DNA of 64,000 nucleotides from Batkoa obscura (Eukaryota): NCBI GenBank assembly GCA_030770535.1, contig JASVEC010000028.1:124001-188000 (forward strand), written 5' to 3'. Of the stretch, positions 1 through 12,975 are shown piece after piece. The notes under the pieces are model-generated. The model saw only the letters and a program-made list of their open reading frames with translations, searched no databases and was not told the DNA's origin. The position numbers and the translations under genes were made by a program. Numbering within the stretch: the first letter of the stretch is position 1; every line of letters begins with the position of its first letter.

Positions 1-2824
1 TATGCTTTATTATTTGCCTCAAGAGGTGCTAAAGTAGTTGTTAATGATCTTGGAGGAGGTCGTGATGGTAAAGGAAATAACTCAAGAGCAGCTGATGTAG
101 TAGTTGAAGAGATTAAAAAAGCTGGTGGTGTAGCTGTAGCCAATTATGACTCTGTTGAAGATAGTGAAAAAGTTGTTGAAACTGCTATCAAAGCCTTCGG
201 TAGAATAGATATCTTAATCAATAATGCAGGGTAATTTTGTTTCCATTATTTATGCCAATTGCTAATTATTCAAAGTATTTTACGTGATCGTTCTTTCGCT
301 AAAATGGCTGATCAAGATTGGGACCTTGTAATGAAAGTCCATCTTCGTGGTTCATATAAGATGTCTAAAGCTTGTTGGGAAATTTTCAGAAAGCAAAAAT
401 TCGGAAGGTAATTTAAATATTTAATGTATTAAACTTTATTTAATCTTTTAGAATTATTATGACTGCTTCAGGTGCTGGTCTTTATGGAAATTACGGACAA
501 GCTAATTATTCATCTGGTAAGTTATTAGCTTTATATTTGACTTTATATTAAAATGTTTTATAGCTAAACTTGCTCTTGTTGCTTTAAGTAATACATTAGC
601 TAAAGAAGGTGCTAAGAACAATATACACTGTAATGTTATTGCACCAATTGCTGCTTCACGTCTTACAGAAGATATTATGCCACCAGAGATTCTTGAAGCT
701 ATGAAACCTGAATTTATCTCACCATTAGTAGCCTATTTATGTCATGAAAACACAGCAGAAAATGGCGGTATATTTGAATGTGGTGCTGGTCAATTTTTCA
801 AACTCAGATATGAGCGTACTAAAGGATGCACTTTTAAAGCAGATTCAACATTTTTACCTGGTGCCATTGCCGCAAAATTTGATAAAATCATGGACTTTTC
901 AGAAGCTAATCATCCATCAAGCATTGGAGAAACTGATTGGATCAGTTTACTTGAAGAAGCTAAAACCCTCACAACAAATGAATCTAAAGCTGATATGCGC
1001 TTAGATGGTCAAGTTGCCATTATTACTGGTGCTGGAAATGGCCTTGGTCGCGCTTATTCCCTTTTATTTGGTAAATTAGGTGCCTCTGTAGTAGTCAATG
1101 ATCTTGGAAAAGCTAAAGATGCTTCTGGTAACCTTGTACCTGCTGCCGACCTTGTTGTTGAAGAAATTAAGAAAGCTGGAGGTAAAGCTGTTGCGAATTA
1201 CGATTCAGTAGAATTTGGTGAAAAGATTGTCGAAACTGCTATTAAAGCTTTTGGACGTATTGATATCGTTGTCAACAATGCTGGTATCCTTCGTGATCGT
1301 TCTTTTGGAAAAATGAATGACCAAGATTGGGATTTAGTTTACACTGTCCATCTTAAAGGTACATATAGTGTATCCAAAGCCGCATGGCCATATATGCTTA
1401 AACAAAAATATGGTCGTATCATCAATACTGCTTCTGCTGTTGGATTATATGGTAACTTTGGTCAAGCCAATTACTCTGCCTGTAAATTAGGTATCCACGG
1501 TTTAACTCAAACTCTCGCTTTAGAAGGTGCTAGTAAGAATATCAAAGTCAACACTATTGCTCCAAATGCAGGTACTGCCATGACCGCAACTATTATGCCA
1601 CCAGAAATTGTTGAAATGTTGAAACCCGACTACGTTGCACCACTTGTAGCCTTTTTAGCTCATCCAGATGTACCAGAATCTGGTCAAGTTTATGAATGTG
1701 GAAGCTGTTGGATCTCTAGAGTACGCTGGCAACGTACCAAGGGTGCAGGTTTACCAGTAAATAAGGGAATTGCACCAGAAGATGTTGCTAAGATTTTTGA
1801 CAAAATCACTGATTTTACTCACCATACCTACCCAACTTCTCTCAATGAATCTGTAAGCACTATGTATGAAAGTTTCCAAGCACTCTCAGGTGGTGATAGT
1901 AACGAATCATCAGAAGATTTAGTTGGTAATATTGAAGCAGCTCTTAAATACCGTAGTGAGATAGCTGATTACAGTTACACTCAAAGAGATGTCATTCTAT
2001 ATGCATTAGGATTAGGAGCTAAACGTACTGAGTTGGATTTAGTGTATGAAAACGCTGACAATTTCTTCACGCTCCCTACCTTTGCTGTTTTGGCTGGATT
2101 TGAAAATGGTGCTGAATTCAATAAATTCATCCCTGAATTTAACCCAATGATGTTACTTCATGGTGAACAATACTTAGAACTCCACGGTCCTTTACCAACT
2201 GAAGGTACCCTCAAGACTCAAAGCCGTATTGTTGATATTGTTGACAAAGGCAAATCAACCATTGTAAGTGCTGGTATTGAAATCAAAGATGAGTCTGGAA
2301 AACTTTTAGCTGATGCTCAATCTACTGTGTTTATCCGTGGTGTTGGTAACTTTGGAGGTTCAAATAAGGCCAAAGATCGTGGAAGTGCAACCGCTTTAAA
2401 TGCTCCACCTAAACGTGAACCTGATTACACTGAAATTTTAGCTACTCATGAAGATCAAGCAGCACTTTACCGTTTATCTGGTGACTACAATCCATTACAC
2501 ATTGATGCAGCCATGTCTTCAATGGGTGGTTTCAAGACTCCTATTTTACATGGTCTCTGCACATATGGTATGGCTGGTAAAGCCTTACTTAAAAAATATG
2601 GCAAGAATTCACCAACTGTTATGAAGTCCATCAAAGCTAGATTCTCAAGTCATGTTATACCTGGTGAAAAATTATCACTTCAATCATGGATTGATCCAGA
2701 AAACAATAAAAAGGTTTTATTTGTTGTTGAAGTATTAGGTCGCCCTAAGAAATCATACGCCATTACTAATGCTGCTGTTGAGTTCAATGAACCCGTTCAA
2801 GTTCCTTCCTCATCAAAACTTTAA
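1..2824 (+). CDS. FOX2: Peroxisomal multifunctional beta-oxidation enzyme type 2 (two SDR domains plus hydratase 2), 5'-truncated by the window edge
   Basis: Reads [18 protein letters not shown] from base 1. Introns at 231-275, 408-451 and 517-563 restore the frame. Second SDR domain has [12 protein letters not shown] and YSACK; hydratase motif [12 protein letters not shown]-terminal SKL peroxisomal signal. Confidence 0.97.
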
Positions 2825-2937
2825 ATTTCTATCTAAATATATTTTTTATTTAAAGCTTAATTGATTTTATTTTATTTTTAATTGAAAGTGATTTAAATCA
2901 AATATGAATTAAAAGATATACAAATTATTTATCATAT

Positions 2938-3490
2938 GGTGATGTCCGAGTTAGTTTCACTTTTTTATCCAATTTTTAAATATTTGTATTAAATCTAAAA
3001 CTTTTACATTTATTAAGAAAATATAAAGCTATAGTTTGATAATAATAATATATGAGGATGTTTTTTTTGGTTTCATTATTTTTTCCATTTTTTAAGCGCT
3101 ATTTGAGTGGAAAGATTGTTGGTAAAATTCTTTAAAAAAATACATCCCCATTTATTGGTTTTTATTTTAAAATTTAGTTATAAAAGCTTGCATTTTGTTT
3201 TTGTTAATAAAAAATAAAGTCAAACAACTATATATTTATATGTTATATACCTATTAAACATTTAATAAAGTTATTTTAAACATTTAGTAAAAATAATATA
3301 AAGTATATAATTAGAAAAAGTAATTATTTAAAAAAAATGAGACAATTAAAATAAATCTTTCAAGTTAAATAAAAGATTTAATTTTAAGCTTTTTAAATTT
3401 AACCAATCACATGTTAAGGACTTATAAATTTAAAAACTTAAAATTTAGATTAATTTTTAACTAAATTCTGAAACCAGTTCGGACATCCCC
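2938..3490 (-). mobile_element. Non-autonomous internal-deletion derivative of the Sola2-like transposon (553 bp)
   Basis: Ends GGTGATGTCCGAGTTAGTTTCA and TGAAACCAGTTCGGACATCCCC, with ATAT on both sides. 3170-3490 resembles 25920-26226, and the left end resembles 23724-23770. Confidence 0.9.
3054..3149 (+). mobile_element. ~100 bp minimal TIR element (Sola-like MITE) nested in the 553 bp derivative
   Basis: GAGGATGTTTTT...AAAATACATCCCC flanked by ATAT/ATTT. Core AAGCGCTATTTGAGTGG is shared with the other copies. Confidence 0.85.
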
Positions 3491-3695
3491 ATATAATAGT
3501 AAAAAGCAGTATGCTCAAGTAGTTTCATAAAATAATACTAGCTTTTAATAACTTATTTACTTAAAAGTATAATATTTAAAAAAAGCGTTTTAATTTGTTG
3601 CTTCTGTATGTTATTTAATATTTGTTTTTATTGTTCTCCCAGGCTTCATAGTAATTAATTTAGGATTTTATTAGAGCTGTTGAGTTTAAAACTAG

Positions 3696-4249
3696 TGTAA
3701 AATGTAAAATGTAAAATATAAAATAAAAAAAGGATAGTCAAAGTTTGATAATACTCAGTTTTAACTAAGTTATTTTTAATTTATTAAAGTGATGTTTAAT
3801 GAAGATTGCTAATAAAGCCTATTATTGATTGAAGGCCTCTTTCATCTTTATTTTCTTAAGAGTTTTAAAAAAAATATTATAATGTTATAATTATTATAAA
3901 TAAACTTAAGCCTTATTAATGATAAAAATTAAATTTGACTCATAGGGCTTATGAAAGTAATATTTAAAAGATCATGATGTAAAAATTATAAATTGAACTA
4001 ACATGTAATATTATAATAATGGTAATGTATAACTTTCACCCTTACAGCCATTAGCTCATTAAAGATTCAAAAAGTTTCAAATTATGTATTTTTGATGACC
4101 TTCTTATTTAATACTATAATGTTGAAAATATGATCAAAATTTCTTTTATTGTAGCTCGTTTAAATTTTTTTCTTGCATAGCAGTAATGTAAAAAAAATAC
4201 TGTACTATCTTTGGTAGTAGATGTAACATTTTACATTTTACATTTTACA
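3696..4249. repeat. Inverted pair of (TGTAAAA)3 heptamer arrays, possible MITE ends
   Basis: TGTAAAA x3 at 3696-3716 and TTTTACA x3 at 4229-4249. No clear target duplication. Confidence 0.45.
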
Positions 4250-4528
4250 TTTATAGCTACTCAGAATCTTTTTAAGTGATCTTAATAATAACAATTAATT
4301 GATTAATTTATAAAAGTAAAACAAAGGGAGATGTCGGATCCTTGTCATACTTTAATCTATGAATAAAGATGAAATTTATGGAACAATACTCCGCCTTAAC
4401 TGACTTTAATATATTTTATATTAGATTATTTTCATACATAAAATTTAATTAAGAATAAGTTTTATTTTCAAAATAAGCACATCGTATTAAGTAGAGAGAT
4501 TAAAGAAGAAGTAAAGAAATGAAAGTAA

Positions 4529-5059
4529 TTAAGGGGTCATTCTTCTTGAAGAATAAGCTTGATGGGGAGTAGCTATAACTGGAGATGGGATTACTTGAGG
4601 TGGTTCTAAAGTCTTTACCGAAGCTAAATTAACAAATACCAGATTTGGCGATAATACTCCTAAAGTCCTTTGGGAATCCTTCTCAAGGTAGCCTACCAGT
4701 AAGCTGCTTGTTTGGCCCAAAATACAAATTGAATCACCTGGACGAAAGTGCAAGTGTAAATTATGGTGTGAGTCAAGCATTGATTCGGTGTCTGCTCTAG
4801 AGCGTACTAAATCTTTACGTGAAGGGTATTGGGATTTTGCACTTACGGTGCACTGCACTGAAGTGGTAAAGGGGTTAATATTGCCTATAATATCCATAAG
4901 CAAAGGCTGATTCTTAATCTTATTTGGTGAGGGACGTATTGAATATCTTTTGGGATTTTCTCTCATTGAAGGTGTTTCCTTCATAAGAGGTTTTTCAGAT
5001 ATAGAATCAGTATCTGATGTTGAGCCAAATAAACAACTAAAACAGGAAAAGAACCCCAT
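4529..5059 (-). CDS. Small putative lipid-anchored protein with a degenerate SH3-like domain
   Basis: Intact 176 aa ORF. N-terminal MGFFSCFSC suggests myristoylation/palmitoylation. VSAKSQY...LHFRPGDSICIL...LVGYL...LGVLSPNLV resembles SH3 spacing. Confidence 0.6.
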   Translation of the reverse strand: MGFFSCFSCLFGSTSDTDSISEKPLMKETPSMRENPKRYSIRPSPNKIKNQPLLMDIIGNINPFTTSVQCTVSAKSQYPSRKDLVRSRADTESMLDSHHNLHLHFRPGDSICILGQTSSLLVGYLEKDSQRTLGVLSPNLVFVNLASVKTLEPPQVIPSPVIATPHQAYSSRRMTP

Positions 5060-6965
5060 ATTTGTGATTATTGAGTATTTGATAAGATATAACTAATGTT
5101 ATGGACAATCGATTATTGAATCAACCTTTGAAATGAATAGGATATTTGTATTAACTTGATACAAAATTTTGAACAATATAACAAACCAGTTGATATAAGT
5201 GATACTTATTTAAAATAAAGATTTGACTAGTAGTGAAACAGAAAATACTTAAATACCAAAAGTATGCTCAAGTTGATATAAACTGCAGTTATAACTTATA
5301 ATTATTGAGGATCAATAGAACCACTAACACTTAAAATATTATTGTATTATTTGTTCAACAAAAATAAAATAAGCTACAAGTCAACTTAGTACCCAATACC
5401 AATTTAACTAAAATTCCTAATTAAAAGAAAAAAGATGAAGAAATATTTTTGATTCCTCTTTTCTTATATAATTTGGATAATTTAATTTATTGGAACCCAA
5501 TTTATTAAGGCTTGATTCTGAATAAGATTAACAAATTAAACATTGTTATTTGCAAAAATAAAAGGCTTTTATTGGTATTTTTAATTGTTGTTTTTAAGTC
5601 ATATCTATCTCTAATTTTAGATCTGCGAGTGAGATATAGTGTCAAACTTATAAATAACCTTATATTTGATAACGATATTTATTAATTAAATGTTGAGTTT
5701 AAAATATTATCATATTATCATATTAAAGTATAGGCAACGCCATAATGTATTAATATCTAACATGAATTACATTTAATAACATCATATCTCAAGTATTATC
5801 ATTTAATTATCAACAATATTTTAGAAACATGACTATTTGCTCATTCTCAATAATCGAGTACACAGGTGTACTTTAATAGTTGTTTTGAATATATTTATTG
5901 AAATCTATAGCATATGTAATACATTTATTCTAACCAATACCCTTAAACTTATTTATAGAAAGATTATAAAACAAAGCAGAAAATATTAATTAAGTTATAA
6001 CTATTTTATTAATTTAGCTTCAATATAAACGATAGACACCTAAGAAAAATAGATTATTATTTGAACAGATTGAATGTTAAATTAAATATGATAACATCAG
6101 TGTTAAAAAGCCAAAAGTGTTTTAATCCACATAAAAGTTCAGGTGAAGAAATTCAAGTTGCATGTTGTTCATCATAATCAACGAAATAAATTAAAGTTTG
6201 TACTTACGTTAGTATATAACATATAGAATATGGTACAGGTTTAACTCCTAAAAAAAAAGAGTAAGTATTTGTGCTTAAATTGAATTGAAAATTAATTAAA
6301 ACCATTTCAGAGAGAAGAACCGTAATTGTTGTTTATCAACATGAGAATTCAGTTGAAGAAATTCAACATTGTTTACAAAATTCATCACAGCTTTGAGTTT
6401 AAATATTAGAAATAAAAAAGTACCTTATAAACAAAAAGAACTCTTTGTACATCAAATAACATTATTCATCATTGTGAGTATTATATTAAGATTGAACCAA
6501 ATAGTACTAGAGTTTTCTAAATAAATAAGATGTAAACTGATGACGCTTATGATTAAAACCCAAAGTAATAGCACGTTGAATGTAGTTGTTTAATGTACAA
6601 AGAATTGACTATTAAAATTTAAAATTTACTATTATTTATACTTTGGAATTTCATCTGCAGGGGTAAAAATTTTGATGAAAATTCTTTAACCAATTATATC
6701 TTCACATTTATTTTCGAAATAGAGTTACTTAATTGGATGTTTGAAATTTGAATTGTTCTTGAGATTTTGAACTTAAAGTTTAATAGATTAATCTGATTTA
6801 AATTAAAATATTCCAACTACTTAGTTATATCAATAACTGACATTGACAATATGAATAATCAAAAGTAATAATCTATTAAAAAGTTGATATCATTTGTTTG
6901 TTTTTACATATAAAATACTTTTCAGCAACAACAAAATACCGGTTAAATTCATAAATAAAGACCTA

Positions 6966-7059
6966 AGGGTGTATTTTTTAGTTCGAATAATTTGTCCATT
7001 TTTAATAGCTATTGAGTAGAAAAATTGTTCGAAGAATTCTTGTACAAAAAAAGACACTC
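6966..7059 (+). mobile_element. Degenerate copy of the ~100 bp minimal element
   Basis: AGGGTGTATTTTTT...TCCATTTTTAATAGCTATTGAGTAGAAAAATTGTT...AAAAAGACACTC aligns by eye with the other copies. Confidence 0.55.
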
Positions 7060-7334
7060 ATCTAATTTAATGATATTATTACTTATCAGATAAAGAGAAA
7101 TATAATATCAACTATGGGTTTGTATATTGAGATTTTTATTTTATGGCTTAAAACGCACTTTAATAAAACAAAAAATTAAATACTTTAATCAATGTAGTGT
7201 ATAGAGCCTTAATGAAATAGTGAGGAAACCTCATGGATTTGAATGATATCTAAGATAAAAACAATAATAAAAACATGTAAAAAATAATGGAAAAATAATA
7301 AAACAAAGTGATGTAAGCATTAATCATTAAATGT

Positions 7335-8018
7335 TTATAATAAAAAGTATAAACTAGAAATAAGTAATAAAAATTGAGAGCTGACTAATGTGGTGGAAGA
7401 GCTACCCTTTGCACCGTCTTTACCAGAAGAGCTTTTAGTAGCTTCGTCCTTTGAAAGAAGTTTGAAAGAAGCTGGTGGATATTTTTGATCCTTTGGATCA
7501 GTCCAATTGAGCCATTGGTTATTTTCACATAATTGGGAAGCCTTGAAGTAAAAGGTATTATTTTTCTCTTTAGGTAAAGCAGAAAGGGATGGAAGCTTGA
7601 AAGCGAGAGGGAAATCAGCAAACATATTGTAAGGTATCTTTCCATCTGAGTAGACAATAGCGATAGTTTGACCTTCTGGCTCAGTATGACCATCTGCTTT
7701 CTTGTCAGTTGGTTTTTGATCATCTTTTTTGGGTGCATCATCTCTTCTTTCAACCTTTTTCTCTTCGGTTTTTGATTTTGTTTTTACTTCAGCTTTCCAG
7801 CCTGCTACTGTACCTGCAGAGAATGCGGTCTTAAGGTCAAGGACGTCTTGGTCAAACTCAATGATTACTTTAACGGTGTCTGACTTATCACAACCATGAG
7901 GAATACGAATACTAGTACTGGCGTAAGTTCCTTCAACACCTTGATTTGGGTTAACAGTTACGTGGGAGTTTATCAAGAGTGGTAATGCAGCAATAGTTAA
8001 AGTAGAAAGGAATTTCAT
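7335..8018 (-). CDS. Secreted, probably GPI-anchored YcnI/DUF1775-like copper-binding protein, paralog A
   Basis: Signal peptide followed by HVTVNP...IRIPHGCD...T.KV, then F.A.QLC...WLNW...PP, a Ser-rich linker and a hydrophobic C-terminal tail. Intronless. Confidence 0.8.
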   Translation of the reverse strand: MKFLSTLTIAALPLLINSHVTVNPNQGVEGTYASTSIRIPHGCDKSDTVKVIIEFDQDVLDLKTAFSAGTVAGWKAEVKTKSKTEEKKVERRDDAPKKDDQKPTDKKADGHTEPEGQTIAIVYSDGKIPYNMFADFPLAFKLPSLSALPKEKNNTFYFKASQLCENNQWLNWTDPKDQKYPPASFKLLSKDEATKSSSGKDGAKGSSSTTLVSSQFLLLISSLYFLL

Positions 8019-8362
8019 TATTAAATGCTTTAAATCAAATATTAAAAGATAACAAATTACCTTCGGTTTCCTCTGTATTTATATATTTCTTTTCTATGAT
8101 ATCACAAGCTAAAATAATGCATTTAATGTTAATTTATGTCATATTTTTCTAGAAAAAAAGAATAAACTTAATCCTTCCATGATTTGATTGATTTCTAAAA
8201 CTGTTCAATTTACGATAAGTCATAGTTCTTTTTGAAAGTAATTAACCTTTGCTGTTATTCTTACAAATTGAAATAAAACGAATTCTTAACAAATACATTT
8301 GGTTAACGAAAATATACTAAATTTAATTCATTTAATGTAAATATTTATATTAATTTAGCAGA

Positions 8363-9079
8363 TTAAAGTAAAGAGTATAAAACAGTAGCAAGTAATAAGG
8401 CTGGGGAACCATATACTAAAGATGAGGAACTACCTTTTACACCGTCTTTACTAGCACTCTTAGCAAGGACTTTGAAAGCTGGTGGTGGGTATTTGGGGTC
8501 TTTAGGATCAGTCCAATTGAGCCATTGGTTATTTTCACATAATTGGGAGGCTTTGAAGTAAAGGGTAGCATTTGCTTCTTTTGGTAAAGCAGAAAGAGAT
8601 GGAAGCTTGAAAGAGATAGGGAAATCAAGGAAAAGGTCAGCAGGTACTTTACCTCCTGAATAAATAATCTTGGTGACTGGACCTTTCTTTTCAGCTGGTT
8701 TAGCATCATCTTTCTTATCAGTGGCTTTAGTGGCATCCTTAGTTTCGGATGGTTTGACTTCACTTGTTTTGGTTTCATCCTTCTTTTCTACAGTACTATC
8801 GCCATGTCTTCTTTCTAATTTCTTTTCGACTGGGGCAGTCACAAGCTCGGTGGACCAACCATTAACATAACCAGCAGAGAAAGGAGTTTTAAGATCAATA
8901 AGGACTTGATCAAACTCAATTACTAATTTAACAGTGCTGGAACCATCACAACCATGTGGAATACGAAGATTAGCGCTTTGATAACCTTCTTCAATACCCT
9001 CTTTTGGAGATACAGTAACGTGGGAGTTGACTAAAAATGGGAGTAAAGTAGCAGCAAGGGTAGTAAAAGTAAATTTCAT
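8363..9079 (-). CDS. Secreted, probably GPI-anchored YcnI/DUF1775-like copper-binding protein, paralog B
   Basis: Signal peptide then HVTVSP...LRIPHGCDGSST. YFKASQLCENNQWLNWTDPKD is identical to paralog A. Hydrophobic tail. Confidence 0.8.
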   Translation of the reverse strand: MKFTFTTLAATLLPFLVNSHVTVSPKEGIEEGYQSANLRIPHGCDGSSTVKLVIEFDQVLIDLKTPFSAGYVNGWSTELVTAPVEKKLERRHGDSTVEKKDETKTSEVKPSETKDATKATDKKDDAKPAEKKGPVTKIIYSGGKVPADLFLDFPISFKLPSLSALPKEANATLYFKASQLCENNQWLNWTDPKDPKYPPPAFKVLAKSASKDGVKGSSSSLVYGSPALLLATVLYSLL

Positions 9080-10862
9080 TATATAAGAAATATATGAGAG
9101 TCCTAATGAAAAGGTGAGGTAAAGTAGATTAATCTAGTTTCTATTTATACTTTTCAGAACTAGTAATATGGGTTACAGCTTTGTTTGTGTTAAATGTTCT
9201 ATGCTTTTTTAAATAAATAAAAATTCTAAATTTAGTAAGCTTCTGGCACCTTCTTTTTGAACCAATTTATTCTTCGCTTCTTATTGACCCATTTTGTAAA
9301 AGTGATTACCCTGATTTAATCAACATTTTATGGGCCTATGTATCAAGTTTGTAGCAATATGAGCTATCATAACTACATTATTTATAATATTTGCATTATT
9401 TTGAATTCTATGCGAAATAGCATTATATTTACAATTAGATATCACATTCCTCAAGTTGATTTATAAACAAGATCGAAAAATATTACAAAAATATTTAGAA
9501 TTTTTTCTTCTTAAATTAACATCAGTCATTCTTCACAATCAATTAATAGAAATATTATTCCTTCGAGAAAGTTCCAATCGAGCTTCTTCAACTATTCTAT
9601 ATATGTTTTAGTTAATATATGGCATAAGAAAAAGCTATGTGTAAATCTTTTAATTATCCTTTATTTGATTTTGAAATCATGGGGTTTATATGTGACCTTC
9701 TAGAAGGATTTTTAAGAAAAAAGAACGGATCATTAAAGTAAGAATATAATTCTAAGTACCCATCCTCGATTTATTCTTAGAAATCTTAGATAAATATAAA
9801 TTTTTGCAAATTAAGTGGATACAGGTTTACAATCATATATTCGATATTAGTTTAGCATTTCGAATGTACTGTATATTCAAATTAATTATTGTATGAGCCA
9901 AAGGTAATATATAAGATGTTAAAGTATTAAGAGGTATGTAGCCTTTTTAGACTCATTTAAGATGTGCCAGATAAAATCAATTATTTCTTTAAATCGTCAT
10001 CTATAATTAAAAGTTAAGGGTATAGGAAGAGTAAAAGCTTAGGAAATAGTAATAAAGTAGAATATTTAATAGTATTATATACATTATTATTGCTTAGGTG
10101 ATATGAAAATATCTTGAATAGATAAATTTATTTAACTTCGTATAAAAGTTTATTATAGATGCTTTTCTAAATTAATACTAAATTATAATATTTATAAATT
10201 AAAGAAAAAATATTCCATAGTTTTTCTAAAATAAAACTATACCTTTCGAAAATTGTTATAATTATAAATATATATATATATATCTGTATAATAATTCTAG
10301 ATTGATTGTAAAGTATTTTGATGCTTCGATTTTATTAATTAACTTCAAAAATATCAGTTATTTATTCTATTTTTAATTATTAAATGTACATATTTTATTT
10401 TAAAAGCTTACAATAAATGGAAGAAATCTTTTTATTATGATTATAAAAGAAAAATTATATTGATATCACAAATTAATTTTTACATAAAATTATTTAAAAT
10501 AAACTATTTAACTGTAGTTATAAAATATTTATTTTTTCAATATTTCTCGTTTCGCAATGATAATTTAATATTTTGCATTGTTTCTAATAAAACTAAAGTA
10601 CCAAAATAATTTATGAATAATCTAGAACTATTATACTAATTTTTTTAATTGTCTTTATTATGTTATTATGATTTTTCAAAAAGTACAAGTTTTTATATTA
10701 TCTAAACTATTTTAAAGTCTTTAATTTTAAAATCACTAGTTATTAATATATTTAAATAAGCTTTGTAAATTTGATCCATTATTTTTAAAAAACAACGGTT
10801 TATTGTGGTTTTAAAATCATAACATTTATATAACAGTAGCTTGTAGTATAAATTCAATATAT

Positions 10863-10962
10863 GAGGGTGTTTTTTTTTGGCTTCATTACTTTTTCCATGT
10901 TTTAAGCGCTATTTGAGTGGGAAAATTGTTAGTAAAATCCTTAAACATAAAAATACATCCCC
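10863..10962 (+). mobile_element. ~100 bp minimal TIR element
   Basis: ATAT|GAGGGTGTTTTT...AAAATACATCCCC|ATAT. Confidence 0.88.
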
Positions 10963-12975
10963 ATATATTTGCTAGTTATTTAACCTTTGCAATGCTTTAT
11001 TTTTAATTTCAAATTATGTTTTCATGATAAAAATTCATGCAACTTTTAGTAGTATTTTTAACCTATTATAGCCATAGTAAGAAAAGAATTTCAACAAACT
11101 GAATAAAAATTTCTATTGAAAATTTCATTAAAAGTGAACAAATAGTGAATTTTCATGTGATATTTAATTTGGTCACTTTTGTTAAAAATTATAATTGAGT
11201 TTTTTTTACTTTGGTTCATTTAAATTTTTTTTTAAAATTACGTCCTAGGATAGTGTTAATTAAAAACATGATAATAGTAATCGAGTTTACTGGGGATCAA
11301 TGGCAGCTTCTGTAAATACTAATAAACCCAAAGGGGCCCTAATCAAGGATATACTTAGGTTTCTTAGACGATTTGAGTTTAAAAGTGAAAAATGAGAATT
11401 CTTTAGCCAGGAAGGATTTCCATTCGGAAATATAATCCTGGGCTCATGTGGAACTGAGCTGGGATCTGGAGACTATCTTTCAATATTAGCAATGGATTAC
11501 TCAAGTAGTACAAGTTATGAAAAGAGATAGTTTAAACTAGAAAATGTGCGAAATATCATGGGATAAAAGTGAACTCCTGATACCACTTCAAATAAATCTA
11601 AACATAACAAGGTTTATATTACTACTGAAAAAGTAACAAACTTCTAAGAGATTCATTAAAAATAAAGCACAATTGGGAAATCTAACAAAAGGGGAAGAAG
11701 GGTCTGGAGGTTGAGACTTTTAGATCTTTATTACTTATTGTTAATCTACACATAGTCCAGAGATCCATTTTTTTATACTGTTTTTAAATCTAATAAATTA
11801 ATATACATAACGATCGTGTATAAATATAGACAAGTACTGATATAGTATAAGAATTATACGTTTAATTTAAATAAGTTTAAACATCTACATGGGAATCTTT
11901 TTTTAAGTAAGGTAGACTTAATATTCATTTGAAAATTAATTCTAGCGAAAACTACTATTATTAGAAATTTTTATAACAAAATCATAAATACAAAATTCAT
12001 TAAAAAATTCAGTTATTATAAAATCAAAGATAACACGTTGCTTTTTACAAATGAACTAATAATTTACTGAAAGTAATTGAGATAGACTACTAGAAGTTTG
12101 GTGTACTTTTTATACTATTGTTTGGTGATAACTTTTAATATATATCTTATTTATTTTCAGCTTTTTGACTGTGTTATAAAACTTAAAACTTTATCAACAT
12201 AAATAGAACTTTTAAAGTTGTTATTAATGTTTTAATTTTATTGATATATTTAAGTATTGTTAGTCTTTATTTTTTTGCTATTTTCCACCTTATTCTTTAT
12301 TATATTCTCCCTTAATTTTTTTTTAGAGAATTCTGCTCTCATGGTTTAATGATGGCTTTTTATTGGCTAACATTTTCCTTACTTGATTAAATTTTAATAG
12401 TTTAAACTCTTAATAAAATTATAATGCTGGCAAATAACTTTTAGAATTAGGATTTAAACACACTAAAAACTCAATTAACTATATACAAAACATAAATATA
12501 ATAATCGGAATTTATACATTTTAAATAAATTTAGAATTTACCATTAATAAACAAAACAAACTGTCTTTTGATACGGTCATAGTTTGGATAAAAACAGGAG
12601 GCTTGATTAGAGGCTAATAGAATATTCAAATAAAAGACAGATTATAGCAAAAGTACTGGTAGAAGAACTACGGGTCATGAGAAAAAAGTCTCCAACATAA
12701 TATAAATGCCTATCTATAACAGTTTTAAATATTAACTAGTCACGAAAATAAACATAGTAATCTCAATTTAAATAATATAGTTTTAAAGTAAATATGCCTT
12801 AAGAGGTCGAGTGCGTATTGGTAAAATTTATAATTGACTGTAATGTGGTTAATGAGCATAACTTTTTAAAAATATATAAAATAATGTCAATAGAGAAGTA
12901 TAAAAAGGAACCAAAAAGACAAGGTATAAATAAAAATTTAAAACGAATTTGTTATAAGTTTTGGTATTATCTACA

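Noticed and set aside
7385..8870. Overlapping ORFs 7385-7753, 8437-8778 and 8670-8870
   Set aside because: Alternate-frame or antisense shadows of the DUF1775-like genes. Their mutual similarity follows from the gene duplication.
7335..9079. Bacterial contamination as the source of the DUF1775-like genes
   Set aside because: They have eukaryotic signal and GPI-type tails, TATA-like upstream motifs, codon usage like FOX2, and host-family MITEs in the surrounding DNA.
11285..11725. GC-richer patch resembling a decayed coding or retroelement fragment
   Set aside because: The frames I checked contain stops and no recognisable motif; a BLASTX search is needed before calling anything.
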